64,000 nucleotides of DNA from Camelus ferus. Taxonomy: Eukaryota. The DNA lies in the NCBI RefSeq assembly GCF_009834535.1, contig NC_045697.1, positions 68,140,001-68,204,000 of the forward strand, read 5' to 3'. A model generated the notes under the pieces. That model had not been told where the DNA came from. It saw only the letters and a program-made list of their open reading frames with translations, and did not search any database. Below are positions 1-13,575 of this stretch, piece after piece. The translations under genes were made by a program, and so were the position numbers. Positions within the stretch are counted from its first letter, which is position 1. The number at the start of each line of letters is the position of its first letter.

Positions 1-719
1 TGCTATCTAGAAAACTGTTTACCATTGATCTATTTTCTTAGGAGAGCAAGAAGAAAGGGAAGCAAGCAAAACGGCTTTAAAAAACCCTTATATTCATTTG
101 CTAACTTTTCCTTTACCGCTCTTCTAACAGTATGTCTCTTACACTGAGGACAAAACATATTAGTAATTGAAAGCATTCACTAAATTTCCAAGAAAGAAAA
201 AGCTATTTTTAAGTAGTAATTATCAAAAGTGATTGCCTGCCAGCTGCACTGATGACCTCCTTAGCCCATACACTGACTTACACTCAGTCCACGTGCACTG
301 TTGCTCCAGATGGGCTGCTCTGTGGAAGGAGCCCCTTTGTGGCATGTGTTTAGTCAGTCACATCTCAACCATCTTCCATGATGTAGTCCAAGTCTTATCT
401 TTCTAATAAGGCTCTTGCAGACCATTCAAGCCTGTATGTGGACTTCTTCTGATACATGCTGTTCTGTCTACCAGTATGACTGCTTGATCACCTCTTTTAT
501 CTTCTTAAAATAATTTATGAGTAGATTCTTCTTCCTGGTAACATTCTAAATTCACTGAGGACAGTAATAATGTTCTTTTTGTTTGTTCATTTAATGTATT
601 TTCTAATGCTACCTAGTCCTAAGCAGTTGTTTTATAATAAAGAATATGATTCATTCAGCAAATAGTTGTTGAGTTCTGTCATGAGAATGTAACAGTGCAC
701 TGGGAATACAGTGCTAACA

Positions 720-928
720 TATAGTAAGTATTTCTTACATGTCAAATATTGTTCTTTGTGTTTCACATTTAAAAACTCATTTGATTCTCACTTAATGGCA
801 TAAATACTGTTATTACCTCTCTCCCCCAATTTACAGATGAAATAACTGAAACACAGTCATTAAATGACATGTTCAGGGTCATAGAGCTTATAAATAATAA
901 GGTCAAGATTTGAATTCATGGAGTCTCA
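720..928 (-). mobile_element. MIR SINE, decayed
   Basis: Reverse MIR core: tttacagatgaaataactgaaacacag...cagggtcatagagct...gatttgaattc. Confidence 0.75.
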
Positions 929-2050
929 TTAGAGGCATATGTAATTAACTCATTAGCTCATCGTACCTACAAGTTTGTGAGAATACAACAACTGAATGAG
1001 CAATTACAAGGCAACATAAATACCACAGCAAGTTATAGACAAGGTATAGAGGAACACAAAGGAAAAGATTTAATGTAGACCTGTGGGTCCAATGTCTATG
1101 TATTTCTGTGTATGAATTACATGTAAATTGTGTGTATGGAGAGAGAGAAAAAGATAGAAAAGTTATACACACACACATTGTACTGAACATATTCACACAC
1201 ACACTGTATTAGTCCTTGTAGGTGGTTTTGGTCTTCAATTTGTTTCTATATTTTGTGTAATACCAGTTTTGCATTATATCAATTTTAATATGGATTGGAA
1301 AAAAAAAAAAGAAATCACTGCCCTGTCACCAGCAAAATCTTACCATGTACAGCTGAATTTCTTGGGAAAATAATAGATTTTAAATAGTTAATAATATAAA
1401 ACATAAGCATTCTTCTAAAATTTATATAAATTGACTTCTTCTGAAATGGAGATAACCATTTACCTAGAAAATCATATAAAATATATCTAAATATATTGCC
1501 CACACTCAAATATTTGTCGTTTCATAATCCCATCTAGAGTATTTACTAGAAAAACATGTCCAAAAGTTATGCTATTCATATTAATCTTTAAGCAGTGGAA
1601 TTTCAAAATCTTTACAAATGCCTTGTTAAAGTAGAACTATGGAGGTATAACAACTGTACCTAATTTTTCAAGTCTGAAATTTCCTACAGTGCTTCAAAGA
1701 GTTTGACATATTTGTTATCTGTGAGAAGACCAAAAATCTCACACTCAACTTCTCTCAGCACTCTTTGAATCCAAGAAACAAATTATTCCACCAAGAGATG
1801 ATTTTCATTGTTCATTCATCGCTTGTGTATTAAACACTGACAGTATAAAAGTAATTCTGTCATCAGGGGAGCCAGAGACTAGTGGAGAAAGAGATTCCTT
1901 GATTTTGTTTTAATCGTTTTCAGATGAACCATCAGCACAGCCTAAGTCTGAACCTCACCCTAAATGCACCAAGGAGGAAAAGGCTGATATACAGAAAAAA
2001 GCTGTTATAAAGGGTGAGTCTTAGATACATTGTTAAAATAATGCTCTGAG

Positions 2051-2163
2051 CAGGGCTGCTGCATTGCACAACTTCAGGAGACACAGTCACATTGTTGCCT
2101 ATGTAAATAACACTTCCTGGAGTTGTCCAGTTTACAGCATGCTTAACCACACCTGGCAGCCTT
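2051..2163. mobile_element. MER91-like palindromic hAT-Tip100 MITE
   Basis: Starts cagggctgc and ends ggcagcctt; internal inverted arms gcacaacttcagg / cctggagttgtcc match the MER91B/C layout as I recall it. Confidence 0.65.
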
Positions 2164-3224
2164 AAGACTTCACTTTATGCTCCAAGTAACAGTTCCAATG
2201 AATTCATTTTAGAAACATGAAAACATCAAACAGGCTACTCCTCAGCTTCAGAGGCAGCTGATTTTCAAGATGATAGAGAAAAAAGTATATCATTGTGAAA
2301 TTCAACATTTACATTGCAGACCATTAATGGTAAGTTTAAGACTTTTTTTTTTTTTTAAGTAACCATTCCTGCTGGGGGACATGAAGTGAAACTTCTGTGA
2401 ATGATTTCATCTTGCTCTCCAATAAAGCTTTTAATTATGGATAACTTTTTAAAGTGCATTACATTAATTAGCCATTTGCTCTGCAGGCTGCTTTCCCAGG
2501 GCTCCTTCTTCCAGTTCCCTTGACTCTGTGGCAGGGCCTGGCAGTTGCTACAGCAGGAGTAAGAGTTCAAATGTTTGAAAACAGAATTCAATGATCTTTT
2601 GCCAACATGAAGGAGATAGATATGAGCATAAGGAAAAGAATGCATTATTCTGCAAAACACTGCTTCATTTCTCAAGCACAGAGGGAGGACAGAGAGGACT
2701 AAATTGCATTAGGCTGTTTCTCAGGCTTAAAATAGAAGTTTTCAAAGCAGTTCCATTTTTTGGGCACAATTCATCATTACTTTAATATTATTTGGATAGG
2801 AAACTGATTTAACTCAATTACCCTTAAGTGAATTCAAGGCATTTTAGACACGGAAACAGGAAAGGAAGAGTAAGTAGCATGAGAGTTATTAAGGTTGAGG
2901 CAGAGAAGAAATGTTCCACCCACCCAGCTGCCCACTAGTACCATTACTTTTCCCATCTATAATTACAGTCTATCCACAATCTTATTCCCTTCACAGAGAC
3001 ACATAATCTGACTTTGAAAATTATCTTTCTAAAGCCATAAGATACTGCAAAGCCTCACAATTTCAAGAGCTGAAAATTCTAGACCTTTCTCCCCCAACTG
3101 TTTCCTCTTAACTATGATTTCAAAGCCCAATTTAGGAGCCTAAAAGTTTTGGTTTGGAAGTATTTTTTAGTAGCATCCTCCTTACATTACATAAGTATGA
3201 GTTTGTTACAGGAAATCTGGCTAT

Positions 3225-3280
3225 AAACAAAACAAAACAAAACAAAACAAAACAAAACAAAACAAAACAAAACAAAACAA
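3225..3280. repeat. (AAAAC)n microsatellite, about 11 units
   Basis: Perfect pentamer run read directly. Confidence 0.98.
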
Positions 3281-4219
3281 GGACTAGGAACCTGGGAAGA
3301 CAAGACTATTGCAGGGGCCAAACTGATGTCAATTGGCTGTACTTGGTAAAGCAGTTTAGCATCTGCCTTGTGCAGTTCCTGGCAGCCATCACCACTACTG
3401 TCAACTTGTCTATTTTGCATCTTTCCATCCTACTTTCCCTACACATAGGGAAATATTTATAGTCATACATATAGGGCAATATTTATAATCAAGGCATAAC
3501 ACAGCTAACTGTCTCCAAGATATAAGATCCACATCTCCTGGTTTCATATTGTGGAGATATCCTAGGTAATTTATTTCTTTACAACATTGACTAAGCAAGC
3601 CTCAAATGTGTGAAGTACTTATCCAGATATCACTGTAGAACTCTGTACAGATGGGCATAACTCAGAAGGGATACCCAGGTAGACTTTCATGATACATTTG
3701 TTTAAAATATATGCATTATTAAATAAGATAAGAGAAAGAATATATATGAAGTACTTTTTCATTTGCCAAATGATTTCAATTTGTTTCACTGCCAACATTG
3801 GTGATGGATTTTCTAGAAAATCTTGTTCAGTTTGAGATTGTCTCATTATTTTAAGCATAGATATCAGAACTGGACTGTGTAAATGACCCTGCACAGAAAC
3901 AGAAGCAGAGAGAAGGCAAATGGACTGTGGTTCCAAAGAATGCTCCTCTAAGCTAGTTCTGGTGCTCAGATGTGCCCAGGAAGGGAATACTTGTGCAGAG
4001 CCTGCTGGGCTGACTTTCCCTGGTGTTAGAACTCAGTCACTGAACGTGGACTAACATTTTCCACTGTGTAATTTATACTGTTTTGTTTTAATGTGCTTTG
4101 ATCAGAGACAAACTATAGAATGTGCAAACCTTTTATCCAATAAATCTCTGCACTAGGCACAAGTATAGATAGTAAGAGGAAAATGCCTTGCATGTGAAAA
4201 GTGGAACATAGTTTACAGA

Positions 4220-4420
4220 GGGCTTATTACATATGATCATTTGCTTTGGTCCTGCAACAAATGTGTTAAGAATTATTAACTCCATTTTTTACACGAGGAA
4301 ACTGAGTCTTAAAGAGGTCAAAAGATTGGCTCATAATCATACAACAAATAAGTGGCAGAATGGAGGCTCACATGCAAGGATTGTATTTCTAAACCCAGTG
4401 TTCACTTAACTCACTGCATA
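4220..4420 (-). mobile_element. MIR SINE
   Basis: ccattttttacacgaggaaactgagtcttaaagaggtcaa...aagtggcaga, reverse MIR core. Confidence 0.75.
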
Positions 4421-5335
4421 TCTTCATACCTATATGAAACTTAAAATAATTCTACATCATCATAAAGGCTTCCTAAAAATTTCCTAGTGACCCAAAAGAA
4501 GAGAGAGAACAGATATGCCAAAAACTAGTTTATGATTTCCATGTTTCTCTGGGGAGCTCTTTTTTCATTTGATAGGAGCACACAGAACTAGAGAAGAGCC
4601 ATAGGACAGAGGATAATTCTCTAGAATCGAGAAATACAATTAGGCTAATTTGTTTTTAGAGCATCAAAATATATCTTGTTAACAAAGTGGCTGCTGAACA
4701 GAGGCTGTATTTATAGTGGTGACACACAAAGGCACACACAAATTGTGATTCACATAACTAAGTCTTTGTGGTCACTGGAGTATGTGAGACAGTACAGTGA
4801 AGTTCACTGACAAGTGCTGTTTGGTTTCTTTCTAAATTTCTCTACTTTCTGAGCTTCTTAGTGGTTTTGGCTCTACTGATAATTTTTAAATTATCTAACT
4901 ACAGTTTTGAGATGTCTATTAACTATTATTTTACCTTAAAATAGTATTAAAAAGATGTTTTGGGATATCTTATGTTCCTAAATGGTCATACACAAAAGAG
5001 TCTCCTTTCTCATAAAATGTTTCTTCTTTGTATAAAAAAAAATTTCAATTAATCAATATTACTCTACTCACATTTTAAATTCCAGTGCTCCAGTTCTCAT
5101 GAACAATCACCTAGTTCAATGACACCTATATCTGTATCTCCAGTGTTCACCTCCTTTCTGTCCATTTCTTTCTCACACTTTATGGTCTTTGATTTACCTC
5201 TGAAACATTTCTCAGACTTTCCATATTGGCCTGCTTTCCTAACACCCCTTTTCTTACTTGAATAGCAGCAGTCACCTACTTAGTGTCCCTATTTCCATCT
5301 CTCTTTATTCCATTATAAAGATAGGACCTATCTTT

Positions 5336-5692
5336 TGTCAAAAATTAATAAACAGAAATCTCAAAAGAGTTGAAGGACCAAAGGGCGAGCTCTCATGCCC
5401 TATCACTTAGTAAAGCCCAACAGGGAGATGAAAATCTTCCTCTTCTTGCCTGGCAAGAGCTCAGCCAATGGGAGACCATCACAAATCAGCCAGTGAAAAG
5501 TCATGGACTCTTTGTTTCCTATGGTCCTCACACCTTCATTTCTCCCTTTATAAAAGAGTTCTCCTCATTTTTGCTGGGGGATTGTACGTGGCTTGCTGTG
5601 TTGCAGACCTCAAATTGCAATTCTTTGCTGATCCTGAATAAACTCACTTTTGCTAAAGAAGTAATTGGCAGTCTCTTTGGTTTATGTCAACA
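5336..5692 (+). mobile_element. ERV1-type solo LTR, 357 bp
   Basis: TG...CA termini; 4-bp TSD CTTT (5332-5335 and 5693-5696); CCAAT 5465-5469, TATAAAA 5549-5555, AATAAA 5637-5642. Confidence 0.85.
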
Positions 5693-6273
5693 CTTTCTAA
5701 AATGTAAACATAAGTACAACAAATACTCTTTTACTGAAATGTCTCAAAAATAATCTGAAAAGGGAAGGAATTTAAAATATAAAAAATGTTTATGGGGCAA
5801 TTTTAAACGAGTAAAAACACTGTATGCAGTGTTATAATAACTGGGTAAGTATTATGTGAGTATGTAGGCAGCAACACACAAATTTCTCATGAGTTGTATA
5901 TATTGATGAAGATGCAAAAATATATTTCTGTGTTATCTTTTCTATTTATTTTTGTGTAACTTTAAAATTAAATAATAAAAATATATATCCAATAGCTGCA
6001 TTGTGTTGCCTAGCATTCTTAGTCTAACTGCATCAACACAACACAGAAAATTCTTTCAAAGCCAAACTCAGCTTTACCCAGAGAAAAACAAAAAATAACT
6101 GTATCTAGGCATACAACATGATCCAACCTTTTAAAAATATACCTTGTTAATTTCTCTTCCTATACTTGGCACATAAAACCCATTTTTAATGCTTGTCTTC
6201 TACTTCTGTCCTAGATCCTGCCCAAATTTTCCAGGCAGTGAAGTTCTTTATCATCTATGTTTCTAATGCTCTG

Positions 6274-6768
6274 TTCAGCCATAAAAAAGAAGGAAATCCT
6301 ACCATTTGCCATAACACAGATGGGCCTTGAGGGGCCTTATGCTAAGTTAAATAAGTCATCCAAAGAAATTCTGATAAATACTGTATAATTTAACTTAAAT
6401 GTGGAATCTTAAAAAAACAAACAAGTTGTAGATACAGAGAACAAATTGGTGTTGCCAGAGGCCAGGGGTGGAGGTGAGGGAAATGGTTGAAGGGGGTGAA
6501 AAGGTACAAACTCCTAGGGATATAATGCACAGCATGGTGACGATAGTCAACAATACTGTATTTGTATATTTTAAAGTTGCTAAGTGAGTAAATCTGAAAA
6601 GTTTTCACTGTAAGAAAAAAATTTTAACTATATGAGGTGATGGATATTGACTAAACTTATTGTGGTAATCATTTCACAACATATACAGATATCAAGTTAC
6701 TATGTTGTACATGTTGGCCTAATACAATATTAAATGTCAGTTATAGTTCAATAAAACAGAGGGAAAAA
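6274..6768 (+). mobile_element. LINE-1 3' fragment (L1MA9-like), end of ORF2 plus 3' UTR
   Basis: ttcagccataaaaaagaaggaaatcctaccatttgc...atgtggaatct...tgtggtaatcatttcacaac...caataaaac. Confidence 0.9.
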
Positions 6769-9636
6769 GTGTTTGACATATTGGGCCCATCACTGTACCT
6801 CCTTCAAATGAAGGATCTTAACTTCATTTTTGAATTTCTCCTTTAACCTACAAACGTCTCTAGAATACTTCCTCTCCCTCCAAATAACCTCGCATCCCTC
6901 GTACCCCTAGACTCAATTTAAAGCTTAGCACCTAGACTGGAGCTGACACTGGCACTTTCTGCTGAAATGCTGTATTCCTTGAGACTTAAAATGGTCATAA
7001 GTCGAAACAGAAGCAACATCACCAGAAAAATAAAACAGAACCCAAGTTAAGTTGTGACTTATAGCCCAGTCTAATGTGTAGAAGAGCTACCTTGGGGAAT
7101 CTTTTCATTTCCTATCATATAAAACAATTTTTAGGTCTCAGAAAGGTATCAGAGAACTACAGGGAAGACACATGAAAGCCAAGAATCCAATGAATAAACC
7201 CTAGGCATGTCAAGCTATAATGAAGAATATGGGTGTCCCTGGTGAAGGACTATTCTAAGTCTTTTCCAAATTTCTAAAGTGCTTAGTATAATGTCTGCCT
7301 CTTTGTATGTGCTCCCTGAATAGCATGCAGTATTGCAACTATTGCTCGGTGCCCATGGTACCTCATCAACTGCCTCCTCTGAACCTAATATAGTATTTCC
7401 TGAATCATTGCTTTGAGTTGCTCAATTTCAAATACTGATAAACTCAGTTCAAATTTTTATACAAGCCATCATCCTGTAACAGAAACTCATCCTATAGAAA
7501 AATCCACCTTTTTGAAAGATAACTCGAGCTCATGTCCAACTTTCTTCAGTATGTTCATCTGGATCATCACTATTATTATTAGTCTCCTTAAGCTCACATG
7601 TTGTGATAATCAAACTGCAAAGTAAAGTTACAAATTTTGATAACTGTACTGTTTATTATAATATCTTTTTTAAAAAGAAAAACATAAGTTTTTGACTGAA
7701 AAGATTCAGTAAGAGTTAAAAACAGAAAACTCAGAATACATTAAGTAACCCTAATGAAGCATATTTTCAAAATATGAAAGAACTAGGTCTGGTTTGGAAA
7801 TTAGTTATAAATGCATTATTAAAAATATTTAATAATTAACTCAGAGCTCTAATTATTGGCAAGTCCTTAATTAGCATGGGTTTCTCTTTTTTATGAAAAA
7901 TGAATGAAATAAGGAATGATGGGTTAGATTGGTTAGATTAGAGTTTGTCTAGTTTTCCAAACAATATAGTTTTGGATCCTAAATGTTTGGATTCTGATCT
8001 TAAAAAGAAAATCAGGTTCTCAACTCTTAATTAAAGGTATGGAGAGGTCTTACATATTTTCTATATGAAACTTCATGAAGAAAGCATTTAAATGACAATA
8101 AATTAACTATGCTAATGCACATGAAATTGGACTCGAAGTTTATGTTAATTGAAAGGTCTAGGAAGTACTTACTAATAGCCTTGCTTTGAACTTGATCACA
8201 ACTACAGTAATTTTAATTGTTTTTATTGTCAGGTTATTAACTCAATGTACGTTTAAAATATTGGTTAATTTCCTTCAACATTAAATCATAGATTGTCCTT
8301 TTCCCCTCATTATGCATACAAACAAAGAACACATGTGAATATGAATGCAGAGAATGAGAATGAGCAAGAGAAAGAAACTAAACAGGGAACTAAAATGATT
8401 TTCTAAAATCATTTGGCAGCATTTGACTTATTTAACAGCAGGAACATTTTTACATCATCTTAGTCTTTATATTTTCTCAGCCAGAAAATATGGCAACCAT
8501 AAGCCATATTCCTTGGAGGCTCCAAGACTAAATCACAAGAACTTAGCTGAATGACGGGCTTTCCTTTCGTGTGGTAGGTGATTCTGTCTTAAGCAGAACT
8601 CTACAGCTGTATCTTAGTGCCTCCATCCATAAGGGAAGGCCAATGCACTCTGTCACCTACTTGAAGTAGACAGAATCAATAAAGCACATTTAGATCTCTA
8701 TAAACTTAGGTAGTAGGATGATTTTACAGCACTTCCCTTTGTACACAATCTCTCAATAAGTGATAAGTTATCGCCATTCTGATACACATGCTGGCTGATA
8801 AAGCCACACTCTTTTCATCTTCCCAGTCTCCTTACTTCTCCTGTTCAAGCACTGTGTTATCATCACTTAGTTTCACACAGTTAAAGTCATCAGTGACCTA
8901 TTACTTTCTTCATTCCCATGTGTTAATGTTACTTCAGCAACATCATCACTATCATATACCAAGTGCCTGCCTCATAAAAGGGTATTTACAAATGACAGAA
9001 TAAAATCGGTTGAGGTGGAATCCATTTTCCTCCCACACATTCAGAAGCACAATTAACGGCTCCTCATAGAACAATGTTTAATCATCATGAGTCACAAAAA
9101 AAAAATCCTCTTAAAGATGAGCCTATTTTTAAAAAGTAACATGGTAGACCTCCCTTTTCTACAACCAAGTATTAATTCCTCTTCCTCATACAAGCAGATT
9201 GATAGGACTATTCCTTTTTGAGAGACACATACCAGACACCTTTTAAATGAACAAGTTCTATGTACCCATATATTCCAGTGTACTTTTTTCCTTCCCACTT
9301 GTTCCTATAAGATGGAGGGACACTTCTCAGTTTAATCATACTGCTCTCCACAGTTTGTAAGAGCTATCTGACACAGGCTTTAAAAGCTAGAAATAAAGTA
9401 CACACTTATTTTAACAAAGTTCATTCCTTTAGGCAGAGCAGCAAAAGGACTGCAGGGCCATTTATTCCATTCTTTTTACCAGATGCCGCCCACACTTTGA
9501 TAGATACTCAGCTTTTCATGAGCAATGGCTATTCTTCAGATGCACAATCACATGAACTCCTAAGAGATTATTTCAAAGAGTACATTGTGGGATATCAAGA
9601 TAATTTAATTGGATCCACTGACTACCTGGTATTTTT

Positions 9637-9722
9637 TTTTAATTGAGTTATAGTCAGTTTTCGATGTGTCAACTTCTGGCGTACAGCACAATTTTTCAGT
9701 CATACATGAATATACATATATT
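9637..9722 (-). mobile_element. Extremely 5'-truncated young LINE-1 3' tip, same family as 55244-56151
   Basis: Reverse complement resembles 56042-56150; poly(T) on + strand; imperfect TSD tgactacctggtattttt / tgactatatggtattttt. Confidence 0.85.
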
Positions 9723-9994
9723 GACTATATGGTATTTTTAAACATTCCTGTTTTTCATGCCCAATTATCATAATTACCACAGAGCTTGGTTCTTTCTTCC
9801 CTTTTTAAACTATTGCTATATTAGACCTTGCATTCTTTCAGTGGAGCTTCACAAGAAGCCATATCTTTCTAAATGCATTTATTCTAACAACCTGAGAGGA
9901 AGAGGACCTAATGTCATTCTGCACAAGGACACAAAGTGTGCTGGGAGGATAATAAAATGACCACTTGAAAGAAAACCAAACACTTGATCAGTGA

Positions 9995-10350
9995 GTGCAC
10001 TTTAAAGGTGCAAAGGTCATGAAAGACAAGGAAAGACTGAGGAACTGTTACAGACAAGAAGAGACTAAAAAGAAAGCACAACTACATGATCCTGGAACAA
10101 AATAAGGCCATCAATAGGAAAAATGAAGAAAGTCAAGTCAGGTCAATACATTAATAGTTAGTACTATGGTATCAATGTTATTTTTCTTTTCTTACCACTG
10201 TGGTATGGTTATGTAAGACGTTAAGATTAGAGGAAGTGAGTGAGGCTGAGGAATATAAAGTATGCAGACTTTTTCTTTGTGTGTGCAGCATTTCTGTATT
10301 TCTAACATTGGTTTAAATTTTAGAAGCATAAATAAATAAAATAAAAAAAG
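9995..10350 (+). mobile_element. Old LINE-1 3' UTR fragment (L1MC/ME-like)
   Basis: aaggtcatgaaagacaaggaaagactgaggaactgttacaga...gtatcaatgtta...gttatgtaagacgtt, then A-rich tail. Confidence 0.75.
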
Positions 10351-11657
10351 TTGAAAGCCTATGCACAAACCAAGGACATGTTCCAGAAGTTTTGCGTGAA
10401 GCCTAACTTTCAGGGAAAATAGAGAATCTGGAGAGGGAAATGATTAGGCAAATACGTGGAAAATCAAGCTTCACTTTTTAGCAGAACCACTTAAACAAAT
10501 CATCGAACCAGTTCTGGAGAAACAGCAGAATCAAGGGCTAGGCCTAGAAGGCAGAGGGCAGAGAACCATGATTCATCACTCTCTTCTCCAGAATTCTCCG
10601 CAACAGAGGAAAGCATGTAAGCTTGAGTAAGCGGCAAGCCACCTGCTGCCTCACCGTGAGAGCTTCTCCTCCCTCCACTCCCTTTACTTGGTGCTTCTTA
10701 AAAGCAAAAATGCACACTTAGTCATTGTGATAGAGTGTTTTTCATTAGGAGGATTTGAAACACCTAAAATATTAACTGTTATGGAGATAAAAAGTACTCC
10801 ACTTTTAGAATCCCAGCTATGACATCAAGGTAAAAAACATCCAGAAATTCACACAAATTCTTCTGCACAGTGATGCCCTAAAGTGAACAGAAAGATTTTG
10901 AATATCCTTATTTAGGAGTGATAAAATGTGAGTATCTATTCTTAGAAAACTTTCGGTTGTTTATAGCATATTGAGTTTGTTTAGCATTGTAGATTTCTAC
11001 TGTTTTGATATATAGTGTGTCATCATGAGATCCTTATAAAATATCAATATATCCAATTTTTTCATATGAAAAAAGTGAAATTTCACAAGGTTTGTTAATT
11101 GCATAATCTATATATGGCAGCAACTGACATTTGGCTTGAGTGCAGAGGAGCTCCAAAGGCATGGAATAAATAGCCTGTGCCCCTGGGAGGGAGGAGGCTG
11201 ATATGAAGCTCTGGGCTGGCTGTCATGCAGGAATGCAGGCCTGATGTGATCATACCTGCCTGGTTTTCAAGAGGAAATCGAAATTTCATCAAGTAAAATT
11301 TTACCAACAATTGAGTGTCTTATTTCTACTCCATTTCAGTTGGTAATGGCATTTTTGAAATAAATATTTCTAGACACAATACTACATTAATTTCCTCATC
11401 AGCTCTCACTTGAAGACTAAAAGGGATAAATGCGTGGCTATATTACTGTATCTGTTGTGAAATATAGGACATTTTACATCATGTAAATATTATGTGCTAT
11501 TTCTTAATATCTAAGGATGGCAAAAACTTAATTTTTTAAAATAAAAGACCATACATGCCAAATTTTGTGGGTCAAACAAAACATCTGAGTTGCACCTTCT
11601 GCAAAAATCCTGGAGAATTTTTAAAGCGGAAGAAGGAAAACAACAACAACAACAACT

Positions 11658-11775
11658 CTGGAATAATTTCTCTCTCAACTATGTCAGTGGTGTGCTACCA
11701 GGATCAAATGAGAAAATGCATGTGGAAAGGGTTGTATGATATCAAATGCTGTACAAAGATAAGAAATTATTATTA
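11658..11775 (+). mobile_element. MIR 3' half
   Basis: aggatcaaatgagaaaatgcatgtggaaag...aaatgctgtacaaa...ttattatta. Confidence 0.6.
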
Positions 11776-12484
11776 CATTTGTATTTTAGTTTACTTTATG
11801 AAAAAATGATGTTTGTCCTGGAACTTTTGTCTTGGCAGTTCATAAACTATCAGTATATTACCTCCAGGTGAGTAAGAGTACGGAGGATCCAAACATAGGG
11901 CTGAGGAGTCCCCTCCTATGGTTCTGTGCCTCTTTGCTTACAAAAGTAAATAAGAAGAAATGAAATTAGTAGTAGTAATATTAAAAATAATGTTACTTAT
12001 AGGAAATGAGTACAATGAAATAAATAAAATTGAATACCACAATCTAGCCTTCAAAACAGAGCTAATAAAGAAATTAATGTATATAATATGTAGGAACATA
12101 TTTTCAAAAATAACCACTGTCAAATGTCAGAATGGAAATAATACAAGATGAATATTTTTCTCCACAAACTAGACAGTTTGTTATGAGATAAAATTACTAA
12201 CTCTACATAATTCATATCACTTTTCAAATACATGGAAATACCAAAAAGCTAATGGACAAAATTAAACAAACGTATATGTGTCATTGCATTCCTTTACATG
12301 GCAAGAGTAAGAAATAGGGATTTATTTCACAGAGATCAACTTGGATAAATGGCCCTGGGACCAAACCATAGCCTCTCACAGCTCATATGACGTTTCATGA
12401 TGAACCTCCCCCATTTTCAACCCTTCCAAGAAAGGAGAATCTGAAGCAGGTTTTAACCCCCACTTGTTATGGAACTTTCCACTC

Positions 12485-12612
12485 GGGCTTTAGAGCCAGA
12501 CTGACTAGATTCTGAGCTCTGTCATTTATTGTGAGGCTGAGCAGGCTGTTTAATTTTCTTATTCTGTTTCCTAATATGCAAATGTTAGGTATCAAAAGTA
12601 CTTATCTCAGGT
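12485..12612 (+). mobile_element. MIR 5' part
   Basis: gggctttagagccagactgactag...tctgtttcctaatatgcaaatg. Confidence 0.65.
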
Positions 12613-13064
12613 AATGAACATCCAAAACTGACTCCAATTTATTAACAAAGAATATTTTTAGATTGTGTGCTCTCAAGTAACACAGCTATTTTCAAATAGA
12701 AAAAGAGATTTTACTCTGCACTGCCTGCTGCTCTATGTTATTTTGACATTCAAGAAATATTCTCTGTGGGTTTTGATAGCACTCAAGAGAGATTTATTAT
12801 TCTCTTCACTTTATTTAGTTCCAGAAAGAGCCAATTTCATATATATATATAAATTATACACTAAAAATCAAATATTAATAAATTATATATTTAACTCTCA
12901 ATATCCCAATGTGTTTTTTTCCACAACTTAATTATTATTCACAAATGGTCTCTGTTAACAAATTGGGGTATATGTTAGATATTAATTGCAATACGTTTTA
13001 GCAGTTACTTGAGAATCTGACAGTGTGACAGGCACTGGGCTAAGCAGATCACACACAACATTGT

Positions 13065-13575
13065 ATCAGTGAAAGAATAACAGTAGAAATTTTGGAGTAG
13101 GTATCCTGAATTCAAATGTTTACTCTGTTACCTCCTAGCTGAGTGACTCAGGGTAAATTATGTAACATCTCTGTGGCTCATTTTGCACAACTGTAACATG
13201 GATTCCATGTACAGAGTTGTTATAAGGATTAACTCAGTTAATTAGAGCTTTCAGATCAATGTTCGGCACCTAGGAAGCACAGAATTAGTATTATTATTAT
13301 TAAATATTTTAATTGAGACTTTTGTTTGTCTTCCGAATCACTGCAGTAGGCCTTGCAGAAAAATTTGCAATGAGGAGATATGAATTAGAATTCCAGATCC
13401 AAATCCTAATATCTGTTGTGATCTTGGTTGAATCATTGAAGTTACTGAGCTTCAATGTACTTACCTGTAAAACATGAACAACAACATTTGACTAATGATC
13501 TACTATTATGGTCAAATGGAATAATATAAGAAAAATTCCTTATAAGGTATAAAACCATAATGAAAATATAAGTAT
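13065..13575 (+). mobile_element. Two adjacent MIR SINEs (about 13065-13300 and 13340-13575)
   Basis: Two MIR cores (ctagctgagtgactcagggtaaattatgtaacatctctgtggctca; ctgagcttcaatgtacttacctgtaaaac); the first ends in (tta)n. Confidence 0.7.

Noticed and set aside
5370..5753. 127-aa ORF
   Set aside because: It lies almost entirely in the solo LTR, starts at TTG and has no gag/pol/env similarity.
9483..9628. Acceptor followed by an open frame AAHTLIDTQLFMSNGYSSDAQSHELLRDYFKEYIVGYQDNLIGSTDYL
   Set aside because: LRDYF faintly recalls an RRM segment but nothing else matches. The donor (gtattt) is weak and falls inside the TSD of the L1 stub.
10578..10622. 25-nt exon candidate (ctctcttctccag ... 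CAT|GTAAGC)
   Set aside because: Moderate donor, unrecognised peptide, and such pairs are expected by chance in 64 kb.
11835..11873. 29-nt exon candidate ending CAG|GTGAGT
   Set aside because: The pyrimidine tract is short, the peptide is not recognisable and nothing else supports it.
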